A stretch of 64,000 nucleotides of DNA from Armatimonadota bacterium. Lineage in GTDB: Bacteria > Armatimonadota > Fimbriimonadia > Fimbriimonadales > GBS-DC. The DNA lies in the NCBI GenBank assembly GCA_037445735.1, contig JBBIJY010000007.1:32001-96000 (forward strand), written 5' to 3'. Positions within the stretch are counted from its first letter, which is position 1, and each line of letters begins with the position of its first letter. Below are positions 42,159-51,732 of the stretch, piece by piece. The notes beneath the pieces are model-generated. The model was given only the letters and a program-made list of their open reading frames with translations. It was not told where the DNA came from and ran no database searches. Made by a program: the position numbers and the translations under genes.

Positions 42159-42878
42159 CTATGCATCGAAGCGATAGCCTGCGCCGCGTACGGTATGGAT
42201 ATAGCGGGGATGGTCAGGGTCTGGTTCGATCTTGGAGCGCAGCCAGCGGATATGCACATCGACGGTGCGCGGACTGACATAGATATCGAGTCCCCACACA
42301 TTGTTGAGCAGTTCGTCGCGGGAGAACACTTTGCCAGGGTGGGTCGCCAGCAGGGCGAGCAGGGCGAACTCTTTGGGCGAGAGCGTGATTTCGAGCCCGT
42401 TGCGGCGCACGCGCCGCGCCTGCAGATCGATCTCCAGCTCGCCGGCACGAATGAGGGTCGATGTGGGCGTGGGCGCGGTGCGGCGCAGGATGGCTCGCAC
42501 CCGCGCGATCAGCTCGCGCATGCCAAACGGCTTCACGATGTAATCGTCGCCGCCCATCTCCAGCCCGCGCACCCGATCCTCCTCCGCTGCCCGCGCCGTG
42601 AGAAATAGAATCGGCACCGCGCTCTGCTGGCGAATCAGTCGACACAGTTCGAACCCGCTGCGAGCGGGCAACATCACATCGAGCAGGATCACATCGGGCT
42701 GGGTCTCGTGAAAGAGTCGCAGGGCGGTCTCGGCGTCGGTCGCGGTGCGCACCTGAAAGCCTTCGCGTTGCAGATTGTATTGCAGGGTTTCCAGCAGCAC
42801 GGTGTCGTCTTCCACAATCAGCACGCGGTAAGGCTCGCTCGTCCTGGGCGAGACGCCCATGCCACTGGTGTCGCGCAT
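42159..42878 (-). CDS. phoB: PhoB/PhoP-like response regulator
   Basis: LQYNLQREGF, LDVMLP, RTVDVHIRWLRSKIE. Confidence 0.8.
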   Translation of the reverse strand: MRDTSGMGVSPRTSEPYRVLIVEDDTVLLETLQYNLQREGFQVRTATDAETALRLFHETQPDVILLDVMLPARSGFELCRLIRQQSAVPILFLTARAAEEDRVRGLEMGGDDYIVKPFGMRELIARVRAILRRTAPTPTSTLIRAGELEIDLQARRVRRNGLEITLSPKEFALLALLATHPGKVFSRDELLNNVWGLDIYVSPRTVDVHIRWLRSKIEPDPDHPRYIHTVRGAGYRFDA

Positions 42879-42879
42879 G

Positions 42880-44010
42880 CTATCCCTCCGCGATGATTTC
42901 GACATTTGCGCGAGGTACGACCACCACCGTCCCGTCTTCCAGCTCGGCTTCCAGCACGCGCACGCGCGCGCCCGATTCGATTTCGACCAGTTCCGGGGGC
43001 AGTGCGCGCACGCGCCCCAGCTTGCCGAAGTAGGGTTCGCGGATGATGCGAATGGGCACGCCGATGTTCAGTTGCTGGCTCTCGGCGGTCGGCATCGCCT
43101 CTAACGGCTGCTCCGACTGCTCCAGTGGCACCACGATTTCGGGGCGGATCACGCCCGCGCGAATCTGGGTCGCGCCATTGATGGATGCCAGCTGCCCCTC
43201 CAGCCGTCGGAGCAGATTGAAGGTGCGTGCCGCCATGCGCATCACGCCGAAGCCCTCCGTCACGATAATCGAGAGCGGGATGTCCTCCTGACCGGTGATG
43301 GCGACGCCGATATCGTAGCCGAGCAGTTCGATCAGGTCGATATCGCGGATTCCGCCTGCCACCAGCCCCACGATGCCGATTCGGGCGGCTTTGCGCAGGG
43401 CGGCGCTTTCGATGCCCGCGCCGCCGACCACGATCGCGCCCTCCATCTCATCGCTCAGGTGCGATTCGGTCAGAATCTCGTCGGGTGATTGGACCGCCAC
43501 GCGCAGGGTGCCCTGTCGCTCGCCGCCGACGCCGAAGATGCCCTGAATAAACGCGCCCTGCGTTTCGATGATCGCGCCCTCTTCGGGCAGCACCTGCACC
43601 ACGCGCCCCTTCACATAGGCGTTGACCTCGATGACCGTCGGCGGCTCGCGCACGCCCACATGCCCCGTCACGGGCGAGATCAGCTCCACCGTGCCGCGCA
43701 CAGGCGACTTGCAGACGCCCCGAAACAGCCCGAAGAAGCCCTTCGTCTCGGCGATAATCTGGTCTTTTTCAACGGTGTCGCCCTCTTTGATCTTCAGCAC
43801 CTCGTGAATCTGCTTCGCTTCGATGCCGAGCGTTTGCGCCACGCGCACCGTTTGCAGGATGCCGGGCAGGTAGGCGCGGGCGACCACCGTGCTGGCGTCG
43901 ACCGCATCGCCCTCGTTAACCAGCACTTCGCCCTTGATGGGCAATCGGCGCGTCTTGCGCACAATCGTGTTGCCACTCACGGTCAATCCAGGTGTGTAAG
44001 CCGTTCCCAT
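42880..44010 (-). CDS. Conserved hypothetical protein with C-terminal KOW-like motif
   Basis: AYTPGL..RRLP..GEVLV, GIFGVGGE, TEGFG, RAGVIRPE, RIIREPYFG. Confidence 0.75.
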   Translation of the reverse strand: MGTAYTPGLTVSGNTIVRKTRRLPIKGEVLVNEGDAVDASTVVARAYLPGILQTVRVAQTLGIEAKQIHEVLKIKEGDTVEKDQIIAETKGFFGLFRGVCKSPVRGTVELISPVTGHVGVREPPTVIEVNAYVKGRVVQVLPEEGAIIETQGAFIQGIFGVGGERQGTLRVAVQSPDEILTESHLSDEMEGAIVVGGAGIESAALRKAARIGIVGLVAGGIRDIDLIELLGYDIGVAITGQEDIPLSIIVTEGFGVMRMAARTFNLLRRLEGQLASINGATQIRAGVIRPEIVVPLEQSEQPLEAMPTAESQQLNIGVPIRIIREPYFGKLGRVRALPPELVEIESGARVRVLEAELEDGTVVVVPRANVEIIAEG

Positions 44011-44029
44011 CGTGCTTGCCTCCAAAAGT

Positions 44030-44821
44030 TTACTGGCGTTGCTGTTCGCGCAGGCGGCGCCGTCGGGCGATTCGCCCCACCAGCGCGATGCTCAGAAAGT
44101 AGAGAAACACCATCGGCAGCGCAACCGCCAGCATCGAGAAGGCGTCGCCGGATGGGGTCAGCACCGCCGCCAGCAACCCGATCAGCACCACCGCATAGCG
44201 CCAGTTGCGCCACATCGTCTCCGGGGTCACCAGCCCGATTTGCGCCAGGAACATCAGCACCACTGGCATCTGGAAGCCCAGCCCGAACGCCAGCATCATC
44301 TTCACCACGAAGGTCACATATTGCGCGGGGTTCTGATACAGCACGGCGTCCGGATAATCTTTCAGGTAGCTCAGGAAGAAGGCGAACGCTTCAGGCAGGA
44401 TAAAGTAGCCGATAGCGGCGCCCAGAAAGAACAGGAAGGTGCTGAAAGGGATAATCAGCTTCACCGCGCGGCGCTCCTGACGGGTCAGGGCAGGCTTGAT
44501 AAAGCCCCATAGCTCGCCCACAATGAGCGGCACGACCAGCAGCAGACCCAGAATCAGCGACAGCTTGAACTTCAGGAAAAAAGGCTCGGTTGCGTGCGTG
44601 AACACGAACTGGGTGCTTCGGGGCATCGTGCCCAGCAGGGGCTTCGCCAGAAAGTGATACACATACGGCTCAATGAGGAAGCCAACAATCCAGCCGAGCA
44701 TGACATACATCAGAGCGCGGAAGATACGCTTCCGCAACTCCTCCAGATGCTCGATAAAGGTTGCCCGCACCTCCTCCTCGCGTCGCACAGGGGGCGGTTC
44801 CAGACCAGCTGGGCTTGCCAC
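44030..44821 (-). CDS. tatC: Twin-arginine translocase subunit TatC
   Basis: EHLEELRKR, FIKPAL, FGLGFQMP, LTP..D. Confidence 0.93.
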   Translation of the reverse strand: MASPAGLEPPPVRREEEVRATFIEHLEELRKRIFRALMYVMLGWIVGFLIEPYVYHFLAKPLLGTMPRSTQFVFTHATEPFFLKFKLSLILGLLLVVPLIVGELWGFIKPALTRQERRAVKLIIPFSTFLFFLGAAIGYFILPEAFAFFLSYLKDYPDAVLYQNPAQYVTFVVKMMLAFGLGFQMPVVLMFLAQIGLVTPETMWRNWRYAVVLIGLLAAVLTPSGDAFSMLAVALPMVFLYFLSIALVGRIARRRRLREQQRQ

Positions 44822-44845
44822 ACTCTCACTCCTGACCAATGCGCT

Positions 44846-46225
44846 TCAGAAGATTTTCGTCAGCACCCATTCATCGGCAACGATGAATCGGTTAATGACC
44901 GCCTGTCCGGGCATCGTGGCGGCGCCGCGCCCGCTTTGCTGTCCAGGACCATAGGGCGGCGCACCTGGGGGCTGACCGCCGGGCGCCATGCCGCCGCGAC
45001 CGCCGCGACCTCGCGGTCCGATCATGCCGCCCTCTTCGGGCATATCGCCCGCTCCCATGCCGGCGCGACCGCCACCTGTCGGTGGGGCGCCGAAGCGTCC
45101 GCTGATGCCACCCATCCCGCCGCCACCGCCACCAATCTGCTCGCGGGCGGTGATCTCAAACTCGACGGAGGTGGTCATGCGCACCACCTGACCCAGATCG
45201 TAGGCGAAGTAGATGACCCGCTTCACTTTCACCTTCGGCTTTTCGAGGCGGAACTCACCCAGATCGAACTTGCCTGGCAGATTGCCCGAAAACTCACACA
45301 CGATTTTGGCGCACTTATAGCCCCGCTCCCACTCGAAGCTCTCGATTCGGGCGGCGATGGGGAAGCGCGTTGCCACCTTCGGGTTGCCGCCTTCACCCGA
45401 TTCCAGCGGGTCATACTGCACAAAGGTCATCGTCCAGCGGAAGCCTTCGGTGACCCTGGTGGGCGGCAGCTCGGGCAGGTCGCCCGCCGTCACATAGAAA
45501 AACTCATACTGTTGCGATTCGCCCACCCGCGACGCCTGATACACCACCCGCCCGGTGGTCTCCACCTGCTGATAGACGGGCGCCATGTTGTCGCCTGTAA
45601 TCACGCGATATTGACCACCCTCATAGATGATGGCGGGCGCCACGGGCAGCCACGAAATCAGCGCCAGCGGCGGCGTGAAGTCCTGCGTGTAGAGATCGAC
45701 ACCATAGCGGGCGTCCAGCAGCAGATTCTCTTCAGGGCTGATACCAGTGTCTTTCAGCTCGGTCTGGTCTTTCGCCGTGATGCGCACCTGATAGCGAAAA
45801 TCGCGCCCGGGCACCCACTTGTATTGCAGCCGAATGCCGCCTGCAGGAACCCTGATTTTGTTTTGCACAATTACATTGACCGCGCTGCGTGCCAGAATGC
45901 GGCGCTCGTTGCCGCCACTGTAAAGGGTCAACTCGATATTGTGCTTGCCGTCGGGCGTGTTGGTCGCTTTGGTGTCCCATTCGTAGATGAGATGCCCCTT
46001 CTCCTTATCGGTTTTGAGGACGGCAGGGGCGACCGCCTCCACAAATTTGCCATCGATGCTGACGCCGATGAACCCTTCTGCCGGGATGCTGCGCAGAGGC
46101 ACGCGCACCTGCACCTTCTCCCGCACGCGCGCGCCTTCCAGCGGGCGCACGATGGTAAACGGTGCCTGCGCCCACGCAAACCCGATCAGCAGCACCAACC
46201 CTATCGCCACACGAACCATGGTCAT
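44846..46225 (-). CDS. Secreted hypothetical protein (Ig-like N-domain, Gly-rich insert)
   Basis: Signal peptide AWA; YEWDT...PDGKH; G/M/P-rich segment near the C-terminus. Confidence 0.7.
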   Translation of the reverse strand: MTMVRVAIGLVLLIGFAWAQAPFTIVRPLEGARVREKVQVRVPLRSIPAEGFIGVSIDGKFVEAVAPAVLKTDKEKGHLIYEWDTKATNTPDGKHNIELTLYSGGNERRILARSAVNVIVQNKIRVPAGGIRLQYKWVPGRDFRYQVRITAKDQTELKDTGISPEENLLLDARYGVDLYTQDFTPPLALISWLPVAPAIIYEGGQYRVITGDNMAPVYQQVETTGRVVYQASRVGESQQYEFFYVTAGDLPELPPTRVTEGFRWTMTFVQYDPLESGEGGNPKVATRFPIAARIESFEWERGYKCAKIVCEFSGNLPGKFDLGEFRLEKPKVKVKRVIYFAYDLGQVVRMTTSVEFEITAREQIGGGGGGMGGISGRFGAPPTGGGRAGMGAGDMPEEGGMIGPRGRGGRGGMAPGGQPPGAPPYGPGQQSGRGAATMPGQAVINRFIVADEWVLTKIF

Positions 46226-46309
46226 TCGCCTCCGTTTGTGCCTGCGGGCAGATACCCGCAACTATATTGTACCCCAAACGATTCGCGAACGGGCGCGGGT
46301 CTCCTGCTG

Positions 46310-47074
46310 CTATCGAAAGCCCTGCACCAGCGCCTGCGCCAGCACGCTCCAGCCGTTCGCCAGCGTGAACACCAGCAACTTCGCCGGCAACGAGACCACC
46401 ACTGGCGGCAGCATCATCATGCCCATCGACAGCAGAATGCTGGCGACCACCAGATCGATCACCAGAAACGGGATGTAGATGTAAAAGCCGATCAGGAAGG
46501 CGGTTTTGAGTTCGCTCAGAATGAAGGCGGGGATCAGCACGGTCAGTGGCACCTCGTCGGGCGTGCGCGGCGCGGGCTGGTTGCGCATCCGCAAAAAGAG
46601 ATTCAGATCATCCGTGTAGGTCTGGCGCAGCATGAAGGCGCGGATCGGCTGCTCGGCGCGTGTCAGTGCCTGCTCAAAGGTAATCTGCTTGCGCAGATAC
46701 GGCTGAAGGGCGTCGCGGTTAATCTGATCGAGCGTGGGTGCCATCACATAGAAGGTCAAAAAGAGGCTCAAGCCAATCAGCACGGGTGTTGGCGGGATGT
46801 TCGGCGTGCCCAGCGCGCTCTTAAGAAATGAAAGCACAATGACGATGCGGGTGAAGGCGGTCATCATCAACAGGATCGAGGGCGCAATCGAAAGCAGGGT
46901 GAGCAGGGCGAGAATCTGCAGCGAGGTGGAGACCTCCTGCGGGTTGCGGGCGGTGTCGATGCCGATGGTGATGCGGGGCGCGGGCACCGATTCCTGCGCC
47001 ATCAGCAGCGTGGGCGCCATCAGCAGCGCGAACAGCAGCAGGCGGGCAACCACAGGTGATAGCCTCATCGGCAT
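46310..47074 (-). CDS. fliP: Flagellar export protein FliP
   Basis: MTAFTRI, LIPAFILSELKTAF, MGMMMLPP. Confidence 0.97.
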   Translation of the reverse strand: MPMRLSPVVARLLLFALLMAPTLLMAQESVPAPRITIGIDTARNPQEVSTSLQILALLTLLSIAPSILLMMTAFTRIVIVLSFLKSALGTPNIPPTPVLIGLSLFLTFYVMAPTLDQINRDALQPYLRKQITFEQALTRAEQPIRAFMLRQTYTDDLNLFLRMRNQPAPRTPDEVPLTVLIPAFILSELKTAFLIGFYIYIPFLVIDLVVASILLSMGMMMLPPVVVSLPAKLLVFTLANGWSVLAQALVQGFR

Positions 47075-47700
47075 AACTCCTTCAGGCGGGCGCGCGCCTG
47101 CTGGATTCGGTTCTGAAGTTCGCTGGCGACCTCCTGTTGCCAGTCCGCGGGCACGATACCGCGCGCGTTTCGCTCCGCGCTCCGCAGTGCCTGTTCAAAG
47201 GGTTGAGAATCCCAGCCCTCTGAACCCCGCACCCCAGCCCTCTCCCCAGAGGGGAGGAGGGGTTCAGATTCCCTCTCCCCCAGCGGGGGAGAGGGCACGG
47301 GCGAGGGGGTCAAATCGGCGATCAGTTGCATGCTCTGTGGTGTGGCGCCGATCAGCAGCAGGTGGTCGCGGGCTTTGACCAGCAGCAGGCTACCGCCGGG
47401 CACCGCGCGGCTCTCCAGCACTCGAATCTGCCCATCGAGGCGCGAGCCGACGCCCGCCTTGCCTGCCCAGCCAATCAGGCGGGGCAGTCCATAGCGCAAA
47501 GCGAGCGCCACCAGCACCAGCGCGACCGTCATCTGCACCCATGCGTAGCCACCTGCTGCGGGCGCCGTGATGCGCACAGGCGCACTCCCGCGCGTGCCGA
47601 ACGCGCCCGGCTTCAGCTCCTGCGCCAGCACCAGCATACTTAACCCAGCGCCCAGCGCCATCACCCACAGACTGCGCCCGTATCGGTTCATACTGTTCAC
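47065..47700 (-). CDS. fliO: Flagellar protein FliO carrying an in-frame palindromic insertion
   Basis: Lies between fliN/Y and fliP; TM helix plus IRVLESR..SLLLVK..LLIGATP. Confidence 0.8.
   Translation of the reverse strand: MNSMNRYGRSLWVMALGAGLSMLVLAQELKPGAFGTRGSAPVRITAPAAGGYAWVQMTVALVLVALALRYGLPRLIGWAGKAGVGSRLDGQIRVLESRAVPGGSLLLVKARDHLLLIGATPQSMQLIADLTPSPVPSPPLGERESEPLLPSGERAGVRGSEGWDSQPFEQALRSAERNARGIVPADWQQEVASELQNRIQQARARLKELCR
47219..47311. repeat. Composite REP-like palindromic element inside fliO
   Basis: Two CCCTCTCCCC/GGGGAGAGGG hairpins with CCCC/GGGG arms; encodes TPSPVPSPPLGERESEPLLPSGERAGVRG. Confidence 0.75.
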
Positions 47701-48653
47701 GCTCCCAGCCGTTGCACGCGCTCGATGGGCGAGATAATCTCGGTGATGCGCACAGCGAAGTTATCCTCCACGACCACCACCTCACCGCGTGCGATAAGCC
47801 GTCCGTTAACCAGCACCTCCACAGGTTCACCCGCCACCTTTTTGAGTTCCACGATGGAGCCTGTGCCGATTTCCAGCAGCTCGCTCACCAGAAGAGTCAC
47901 GCGCCCCAGCTCGACCGACACCTCCAGCGGGATGTCCATCAGCAGATCGAGATTGCGTGGGGAGGCACCTTCCACCTCGCCGAAAGGGTTGAACCCTCTG
48001 GGCGGGGTCGGGGGGGCGGTTGTCGGCTCCGAAGATGCTTCCTCGAATGCAAAGCCGCTGAGCGGGTCCGCCTCCTTCAGCGGGAGACCCAGCAACAGAG
48101 CCGCGAGCGTGTCCGTCAGCAGCCAGGTGAGCGGCACAGGCTCGCGCTCGGGAATGTTCAGCGTCAGCTGTACCGTGATGAGCGCGTCCACGCTCAAAAA
48201 GTTGGGCGGCAGCACGAGCGGGGCGCGCTTCACCTCCACTGTCAGTGGGGTGAAGGTGCTGCCACGCAGTTCGCCGAAAGCGAGCGCCAACCCCTGCATC
48301 AGCTGGCTGAAGAATTCGCGCAGGCTGTTCAGGGCGGTCTCGTCGAAGGTCTCAGGCGCACTGCCCAGCACCGCTGCGCCGAGTGCCCTCTCTGCCGACT
48401 CGCGCTCCCCTGTCCAGTCGCCCACCAGGATCAGGCACAGCTCGCTCTCAAACTCGGCGAAGCCGCCCTGCGCATACAGCACCGGCTCCATGCTGAGCGC
48501 GTTCAGCTCGCCAATTGGCGTCGATTCGGTGGTGGGGATGGGAATCTCCACCTGCAGGTTGTTCTGTTCGGACAGGTGGAGCGCCACGCGCTGCCAGAGG
48601 CGCCCCTGCTGAACAACGAACTGGGTCAACACTTCAGGTGCGACTTCGCTCAT
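47697..48653 (-). CDS. fliN: Flagellar switch protein FliN/FliY
   Basis: CheC-like N-domain plus NLDLLMDIPLEVSVELG..GEVVVV..FAVRIT. Confidence 0.9.
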   Translation of the reverse strand: MSEVAPEVLTQFVVQQGRLWQRVALHLSEQNNLQVEIPIPTTESTPIGELNALSMEPVLYAQGGFAEFESELCLILVGDWTGERESAERALGAAVLGSAPETFDETALNSLREFFSQLMQGLALAFGELRGSTFTPLTVEVKRAPLVLPPNFLSVDALITVQLTLNIPEREPVPLTWLLTDTLAALLLGLPLKEADPLSGFAFEEASSEPTTAPPTPPRGFNPFGEVEGASPRNLDLLMDIPLEVSVELGRVTLLVSELLEIGTGSIVELKKVAGEPVEVLVNGRLIARGEVVVVEDNFAVRITEIISPIERVQRLGA

Positions 48654-48660
48654 CGGCTGT

Positions 48661-49659
48661 TTACTCCTCCCGTATCACTTCGGTGATGCTGAGTACCAGT
48701 TTGCGGTTGCGCACGGCGGGCTTGCCGCGAAACTTGCGTCGCCCCTCCACCAGCAGGTCGATGGCGCCGCTAACGGGCGTGTCCAGCACGATTAAATCGC
48801 CCTCTTTGAGGCGGATTAGGTCGCGCAGGCGAATGGTGGTGCGTCCCAGCAGGGCGACGCAGTTGAGCCGCGAGTGGCGCAGGTGCTGGGTCAGCGCCTG
48901 GCGGATGAGCGGCGTGGTGCGCCTGCCTGACGACGCCGCCCAGTTCTGGGAGCTGAGCCGCGGCGTGATGGGCTTGATGACCATGTGGGGCACGCAGAGG
49001 CTCATCGCGTCGCGCCGCTCGCCCACCCGCGCCTCCATCAGCATCGCAATCACGATATCGCTCGGCGGCGCAACCTGCACAAACTGCGCGCTGGTCTCCA
49101 TCCCCTCGATGCGCGGGTCAATCTGCAGGATGCTCTCCCACGCGCTTTTGAACGCGAGCAGCATCCGCTCGCCCAGCGCCAGCACGAGCGGGCGCTCTAT
49201 CTCGGTGAACGCCGTGCGCTCCACGGGACGCCCCGGACCGCCCAGCAGCCGATCCAGCAAGGTGAACACCAGCGAATATTCCATCTCCAGCACCGCCTCG
49301 CCCGACAGCGGCGGCGCACTGAAGATAATAAACGCCGACTGACGCAACGAGCGCAGGTAGTCCTCGAAAGGGATCTGCTCCAGCGAGATGGGTTCGATAT
49401 GCACGGGCACACGCAGGTAGGTGGCGAGGTTCGTGGAGCAGAGGCGGGTGAAGGTCTCAAAAATCATCTGGAGCGTGCGCAGCTGGTCGCGCGAGAACTT
49501 GTCGGGTCGGCGGAAGTCGTACACCTCGTAGGCGGCGGCGCGTCTGGAGCGGGCAGTTATGGGCGATGCGCTCTGCGCCGCCTGGTCGCCCAGCGTCGGA
49601 TCGGACGCCATCGACGCCAGCAACGCCTCAATCTCCGATTGAGAAAGAATCTCGCTCAT
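48661..49659 (-). CDS. fliM: Flagellar motor switch protein FliM
   Basis: ILSQSEIEALL, YDFRRPDKFS, LLGG.G. Confidence 0.97.
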   Translation of the reverse strand: MSEILSQSEIEALLASMASDPTLGDQAAQSASPITARSRRAAAYEVYDFRRPDKFSRDQLRTLQMIFETFTRLCSTNLATYLRVPVHIEPISLEQIPFEDYLRSLRQSAFIIFSAPPLSGEAVLEMEYSLVFTLLDRLLGGPGRPVERTAFTEIERPLVLALGERMLLAFKSAWESILQIDPRIEGMETSAQFVQVAPPSDIVIAMLMEARVGERRDAMSLCVPHMVIKPITPRLSSQNWAASSGRRTTPLIRQALTQHLRHSRLNCVALLGRTTIRLRDLIRLKEGDLIVLDTPVSGAIDLLVEGRRKFRGKPAVRNRKLVLSITEVIREE

Positions 49660-49703
49660 CGTGCCGACCGTTCAGGGGGCTTGCCACCCCTGCCCACAGG
49701 CTG

Positions 49704-49732
49704 ATTATCGGCACAGCGCGGGGGCTTTTTCA
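49704..49732 (-). promoter_or_regulatory. sigma28-type promoter of the fliM operon
   Basis: TGAA-N16-GCCGATAAT on the minus strand. Confidence 0.7.
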
Positions 49733-49843
49733 CCTGCTCACTCGCCCCAATATCCCTCAATCACCCGCTTGCAGGCAATGGGCACACGCTGGCATCGCTG
49801 GGCACAACCATCCTGCACGCTCGCTTCTGGGTACCTCCACCAG

Positions 49844-50944
49844 TCAGCCCATCAAACGCAGAAATTCGCCAAAAAAGGGACGGCTGTCCCACGGACCGGG
49901 CGCGGCTTCAGGGTGAAACTGCAGGGTAATCAGCTTCCAGTCGCGGTGGCGCACGCCCTCAATCGTGCCGTCGTTCAGCTGGATATGTGTTATCTCCAGC
50001 CCCGTGCCCTCCAGGCTCTCGGGTACAACCGCATAGCCGTGATTATGCGAGGTGATGGCGACCTGACCTGTGAGCAGGTTCTTCACGGGATGGTTGCAGC
50101 CGCGATGCCCGAACTTGAGCTTGTAGGTGCGTGCGCCCAGCGCCATGCAGAGCAGCTGATGACCCAGGCAGATGCCTGCTACTGGCACTTTGCCAATCAG
50201 CGCGCGAATGGTTGCCACCACGCTGCCCAGCCGCGCGGGGTCGCCCGGACCGGGTGAGAGCAGCACCCCATCCGGCTTCAGGGCGAGAATCTGCTCGGCG
50301 GATGTGGTGGCGGGCAGGATGATCGAGCGCACGCCGAGGCTGGCTAATCGGCGCGGGATGTTCCACTTCACGCCGCAGTCCAGAATCGCCACGCGATAGC
50401 GGTAGCGGTCATCGGGCGCGTCCATCGGCTCCAGCCCGTTATAGCCCCACTTGTACGGTTCGGGCGTGGTAACGCTGAACACGAAGTCGTGCTCGTCGTA
50501 GCGCGGTGTGGACTGCAGGCGTTCGAAGGCTTCTTCAGGCGTTTCGTCGGTGGTGATGGTGCCCATCATCACGCCGTGTTCGCGGATTCGGCGCGTGAGG
50601 GCGCGCGTATCGACGCCGCTGATGCTCACCACGCCATTCATCGCCAGATAGTCGTGCAGGGTGAGGCGGGCACGCCAGTTGGAGGGCGATTCGCACGCCT
50701 CGCGCACCACAAAGCCCGCCACCTGAACCCGAAACGATTCCTGATCGTCGGGGTTCAGCCCGTAGTTGCCGACGAGGGGATAGGTCATCAGCACGATCTG
50801 TCCCGCGTAGGAGGGGTCGGTCAGCACCTCCTGATAGCCCGTCATGCCGGTGTTGAACACCAGCTCGCCGGTGGTGTGCCCCTCCGCGCCAATCGCTTCA
50901 CCCTCGTACCAGCTCCCATCCTCCAGCACCAGATAGGCTCGCAT
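49844..50944 (-). CDS. carA: Carbamoyl-phosphate synthase small subunit
   Basis: FNTGMTGYQE, SPGPGDP, GICLGHQ, QFHPE. Confidence 0.97.
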   Translation of the reverse strand: MRAYLVLEDGSWYEGEAIGAEGHTTGELVFNTGMTGYQEVLTDPSYAGQIVLMTYPLVGNYGLNPDDQESFRVQVAGFVVREACESPSNWRARLTLHDYLAMNGVVSISGVDTRALTRRIREHGVMMGTITTDETPEEAFERLQSTPRYDEHDFVFSVTTPEPYKWGYNGLEPMDAPDDRYRYRVAILDCGVKWNIPRRLASLGVRSIILPATTSAEQILALKPDGVLLSPGPGDPARLGSVVATIRALIGKVPVAGICLGHQLLCMALGARTYKLKFGHRGCNHPVKNLLTGQVAITSHNHGYAVVPESLEGTGLEITHIQLNDGTIEGVRHRDWKLITLQFHPEAAPGPWDSRPFFGEFLRLMG

Positions 50945-51006
50945 AGGTCAGGGCAAAGTATACCTTCCACCTGCAAAAAATTGCAGGTACAATCCTGTAA
51001 GGGACG

Positions 51007-51732
51007 ATGCAGGCGGAAGAGTATGGGCGGATGTTCCAGTTCGAGACCGATTACTGGTGGTTTGTCGGTCGGCGGCGGCTGGTGATGCGGCTGCTAAAGG
51101 CGTCTCTGCCATCCGGGGAGGGGTGGATTCTGGATGCAGGCTGCGGCACGGGCGCGATGCTGTGCGAACTCCATACTCTGGGGCGCGTGGTGGGCGTGGA
51201 TATTGAGCCGCTTGCGCTGCGCTACGCTCGCCAGCGTGGTGAGTTCCCCCTGCTACAGGCGCGGCTGGAAGCCCTGCCGTTCCGCTCGGACTGCTTTCGC
51301 GCCATCACCGCGCTGGATGTGCTGGAGCATCTGCCCGATGAGCGCCCCGCGCTCAGGGAGTTCTGGCGCGTGCTACAGTCGGGCGGTGTGCTGATTATCA
51401 CCGTGCCTGCCTATCGGTTCCTCTGGAGCAAGCACGATGTGGCGCTGCATCACTATCGACGCTACACGGCGCGGCAGCTGGCGTCGCGCCTGCGCGAGGC
51501 AGGCTTCGAAGTGCAGAAACTCTCCTACACGGTTGCGCTGCTGTTTGTGCCGATTGCCCTGTTCCGCTGGCTGGATCGGCTACGCCGCACGCCGCCTGCC
51601 GCCACGCTGGTGCCTGTCGGTGCGCGATTGAACCGCTGGCTGGTTCAGCTGCAGGAGTGGGAGGCGCGGCTGGTTCAGCGGGTGAACCTGCCGTTCGGGG
51701 TGAGCCTGGTGGCGGTTGTCCGCAAGCCTTAG
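51007..51732 (+). CDS. Class I SAM-dependent methyltransferase
   Basis: ILDAGCGTG, DVLEH, HHYRRY. Confidence 0.9.
   Translation: MQAEEYGRMFQFETDYWWFVGRRRLVMRLLKASLPSGEGWILDAGCGTGAMLCELHTLGRVVGVDIEPLALRYARQRGEFPLLQARLEALPFRSDCFRAITALDVLEHLPDERPALREFWRVLQSGGVLIITVPAYRFLWSKHDVALHHYRRYTARQLASRLREAGFEVQKLSYTVALLFVPIALFRWLDRLRRTPPAATLVPVGARLNRWLVQLQEWEARLVQRVNLPFGVSLVAVVRKP

Noticed and set aside
49779-49806. TGGGCACA twice upstream of fliM and once near fliC (36823)
   Set aside because: Only 8 bp; the fliC copy is part of a local hairpin, so chance cannot be excluded
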